A stretch of DNA of 64,000 nucleotides, from positions 46,438,001-46,502,000 of the forward strand of contig OZ296655.1 of assembly GCA_965655095.1 (NCBI GenBank), written 5' to 3'. This DNA comes from Haplodiscus bocki. Taxonomy: Eukaryota. The notes under the pieces were generated by a model. It had not been told where the DNA came from, made no database searches, and worked only from the letters and a program-made list of their open reading frames with translations. This document shows, one piece after another, positions 61,240 through 64,000 of the stretch (its first letter is position 1; each line of letters starts with the position of its first letter). Made by a program: the position numbers and the translations under genes.

Positions 61240-64000
61240 TGGGAGGTCCCTAACCAAGAGGGACCCGAAAATTGACACTAGCCTTGAATTGAAAATGGGA
61301 TAGAGGAAAAATTCTACCTAGGTAGGACAACACAACCGAACTAACAAATTTTTTGTTTGTACTCTCTCACTTCAAAACGACAGATTTGTGGGCGCAACCA
61401 ATCCGAGGTATATGATCTGACAATTAGGCGCCATGTCTCCTCAGAGATGTACTAAACCGTGAACTACCTTCCTCAGGAGTTTTTTTTCCTATTTATCCAC
61501 AATCTTTGTTTGAAGTGAACACGATTCTCGGTGACTGAAAACTCCGTTGAGGTGCTCGAATCAATGTGATCTCCTAAGCCACTTGAAATTGAACCTGATA
61601 ACTTCTGGTGTACAAAGAACACAACCACTCCGAACATTTTTTTACCGCGAAAAAACCTATCGATGAGAAAAATCTATTTTTGAGATCAGTCAGTCTGGTT
61701 GCCTTTTTGTGGAACAACCATCTACGTGTTATATTATTTGCAGACGTCGATTCATTGATAAGTAGACCGTTTTGCACAATTTGTTTTATGTATACTTTTG
61801 AATCTCCTAGTAGGACACATCTTTGCAGTATTGAACGAATGAGCAGAATGACAGAGGAATGGCTGAACCGTTTTTTGAAGACAAACCTAGCATGAAGCTC
61901 AAACTTTCTATTCCATTTTTTAAAAACGCCGAAGCATTCGACAGCCTGACAATCTGATATGGTTGAACCACCTGACTTGAAAAGATGCTTTTTGTTTCCG
62001 AAAAGAACTATCTCCGTTTTCTTGATATATAGGATGAGCCTTTTTTCAATTCACCAGGCTGAAATTTTCACAAGTGTTGCATTTTTTTGCTTTCAAATTT
62101 ATCATGATACACAATGTTGGTATCAACATCGAAAGGGTAAATTTCTATTCGCATAGGAATCTTCAGAAAAAGAATGACGTACAGAAGAAACAAAAGAAGA
62201 CTAAGTATCGAGCCATGCGGAACGCCAACCTCGTTCTTGCAGTTCCAAAACGCTATTCCATTAACTATAACCAATTGCTTATTAATAATAATTATTTATC
62301 TGGCTATTTGCCACACCCGAAACGCCATAAAAGTCAAACTTTCTCAGAACTCTGACATGATTTATGCTATCATTTTTTTGTCCAATTCAAAAAGCAACCA
62401 TCTTTGAGAAATGAACCGTGCCTCATTTTTACGTAACCTCAGACAAAGTATCAATCAGATCATGATGTCCTCGAAAACCAAACTGTTCCTCAATTAGTTT
62501 TTTTGATGAGTCCAGTACTTGTATAATCAATTGTAGACGGCATGTTCCCAGATTTTCTCAACGCTGGCAGCATTAGAAACGACCGATAAACGTTTACATC
62601 GCATCGTGTACCGTGTACCACCTTTATAGAGCAGCAGTACTTTTGCGTGTTTAAGACATTGTGAAAACTTGGCAAAAATGACAGACTGGTGCAAAGATGG
62701 AACGGAGCTTCTATTATCACAGATGAGACATTTTTAATCAGTTCAGTGGAGATTATAATAAGTCCCAGAACTTCCTCAACGGAAATTTTACTTTCTTCAT
62801 CATAATATACTTTCCCAAATTATCCACTAGAAGGAGAAACGTCGTTAATTACACGCCAATTTTGACAGAAAACTTTTTGTTTCTAACTTTATTTTCAAGT
62901 GTCTGGTGCAAACGTATACGTCCCATGTTAGCAAAGTCCTCCAAAAAAGTAATTGCAACAACAAAATCATTTATTATCAACTGGCCGGCCTGAGCTTTCA
63001 GCAGACAGCAGGGATTTTCAACTGTTCGGCCTGAAATTGAATTCAAGGTATAAAAAAACAACTTTGTTTTAACCGGATTTTTGTAAGACGGAAAACTCTT
63101 TCAAGTGTTGTCATACCAAGGAGCCTTTCTGCGTTTGCAAGCCCTAACCTTCTTCGAAAATGTAAACATCTATACGGTGCTTTGCACTGATTTCAAAAAG
63201 TCGCTAAATAGTGAGTCAAGGCTTAGTGTAGAACGAAACCAGCAGAGAGCAGGTTATAAAAACTGAATCCAATACCTTTGAACAACTTCGTCCTTCAGAA
63301 ATACATAATCCGATGACAACATCGTTCACTGAAAACAAGGTTTCGGAAAGATATCATCCACACTTTAGAGATTAAGGATGTCTATCTGGAACAGAAAGTC
63401 TTGTGATTGTTTTTCTTTTGTCATCATTACTCTTGAATTTTTCTAACCGGAACCCGGAACGAGTTTTTTAAATCCAAATTTCAACTTTGACGACAGTTTT
63501 CGTTTTTTTCCGCCGAAAAGTTCTTCTGAGTGTATCTGCGCTAATCAGGCGCTCCAACTTCAGACGGCTTGATGAGTGAGAGTTTTCTGGGGGTTTTCCA
63601 GGGATTGTTTTGCTAAAGATGTGCCGGGAGAAACATCGGAAGAATAATGTCAGAATCCACTGCGGGAATAGAATCTGAAGACAAGCCATGCTCATGCCAG
63701 ATTGTCATGAATTGAAGTCATAACCTTATTCCTTAGGGTTTAGTTTTTTCGGAAAAATTTTGAGTCTTGGTTTAGCGACTTCAGATGGAAAAATAACTTG
63801 AAAGTACGAGAGGAATTCTGGAGGCACTGGACCCGACGGGCACAAATTTAAGTTCAAGGCACTCAGGCCCTTGAAATTTATGGATCCAGATCCAGTACGT
63901 AGATCCTTTTGTATTGAATGATTCACGTCGGGTCCAATCACCTCAAATTTTACTGGTACTGCATGCGCATATTTATCAGTTGTTACTATCTAAATGACAT
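61240..64000 (-). mobile_element. Decayed L2/CR1-group LINE ORF2 (endonuclease-RT) and 3' end
   Basis: YRSFLMLPALRK (YRPIS-like, ~62570), GVPHGSILSLLLFLLYV (~62200), PFDVDTNI (FADD-like, ~62130); hairpin GGTCCCT-N7-AGGGACC at 61245-61265. Confidence 0.75.

Noticed and set aside
61608-61895. Plus-strand ORF with LFADVD as an RT active site
   Set aside because: The LINE motifs are all on the minus strand and its FADD-equivalent is near 62130; coincidental.

Overview
Repeat-rich, AT-rich eukaryotic (animal-like) DNA made up almost entirely of mobile elements. The main feature is a decayed ~17.9 kb Polinton/Maverick endogenous virus (1466-19316) with ~0.5 kb terminal inverted repeats. Its left arm (minus strand) is a frameshifted protein-primed PolB with N-terminal zinc fingers. 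Its right arm (plus strand) carries a DEDD-like nuclease, a small membrane protein, packaging ATPase, integrase, minor capsid, basic core protein, major capsid and adenain-like protease. The central accessory region holds the most interesting signals, none visible in the ORF track: a pseudogenised EGF-like growth factor with EGFR-ligand cysteine spacing (9231-9492), a cluster of SRF-type CArG boxes in the promoters, a mirror-ordered ~31-bp repeat array, a triplicated Cys-rich domain and several PC4-like ORFs. The rest of the window has a decayed CACTA/EnSpm transposase, an orphan hnRNP-Q/R NURR-like domain, a 3'-truncated PHD-bearing CRE retrotransposon, three solo LTRs with 5-bp TSDs and a gag-like ORF inside the LTR, two exons of a host aquaporin, a decayed Gypsy element spanning a 200-N gap, a CACTG-type terminus and a decayed L2/CR1-group LINE. 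All homology calls are by-eye motif recognition; no searches were run.
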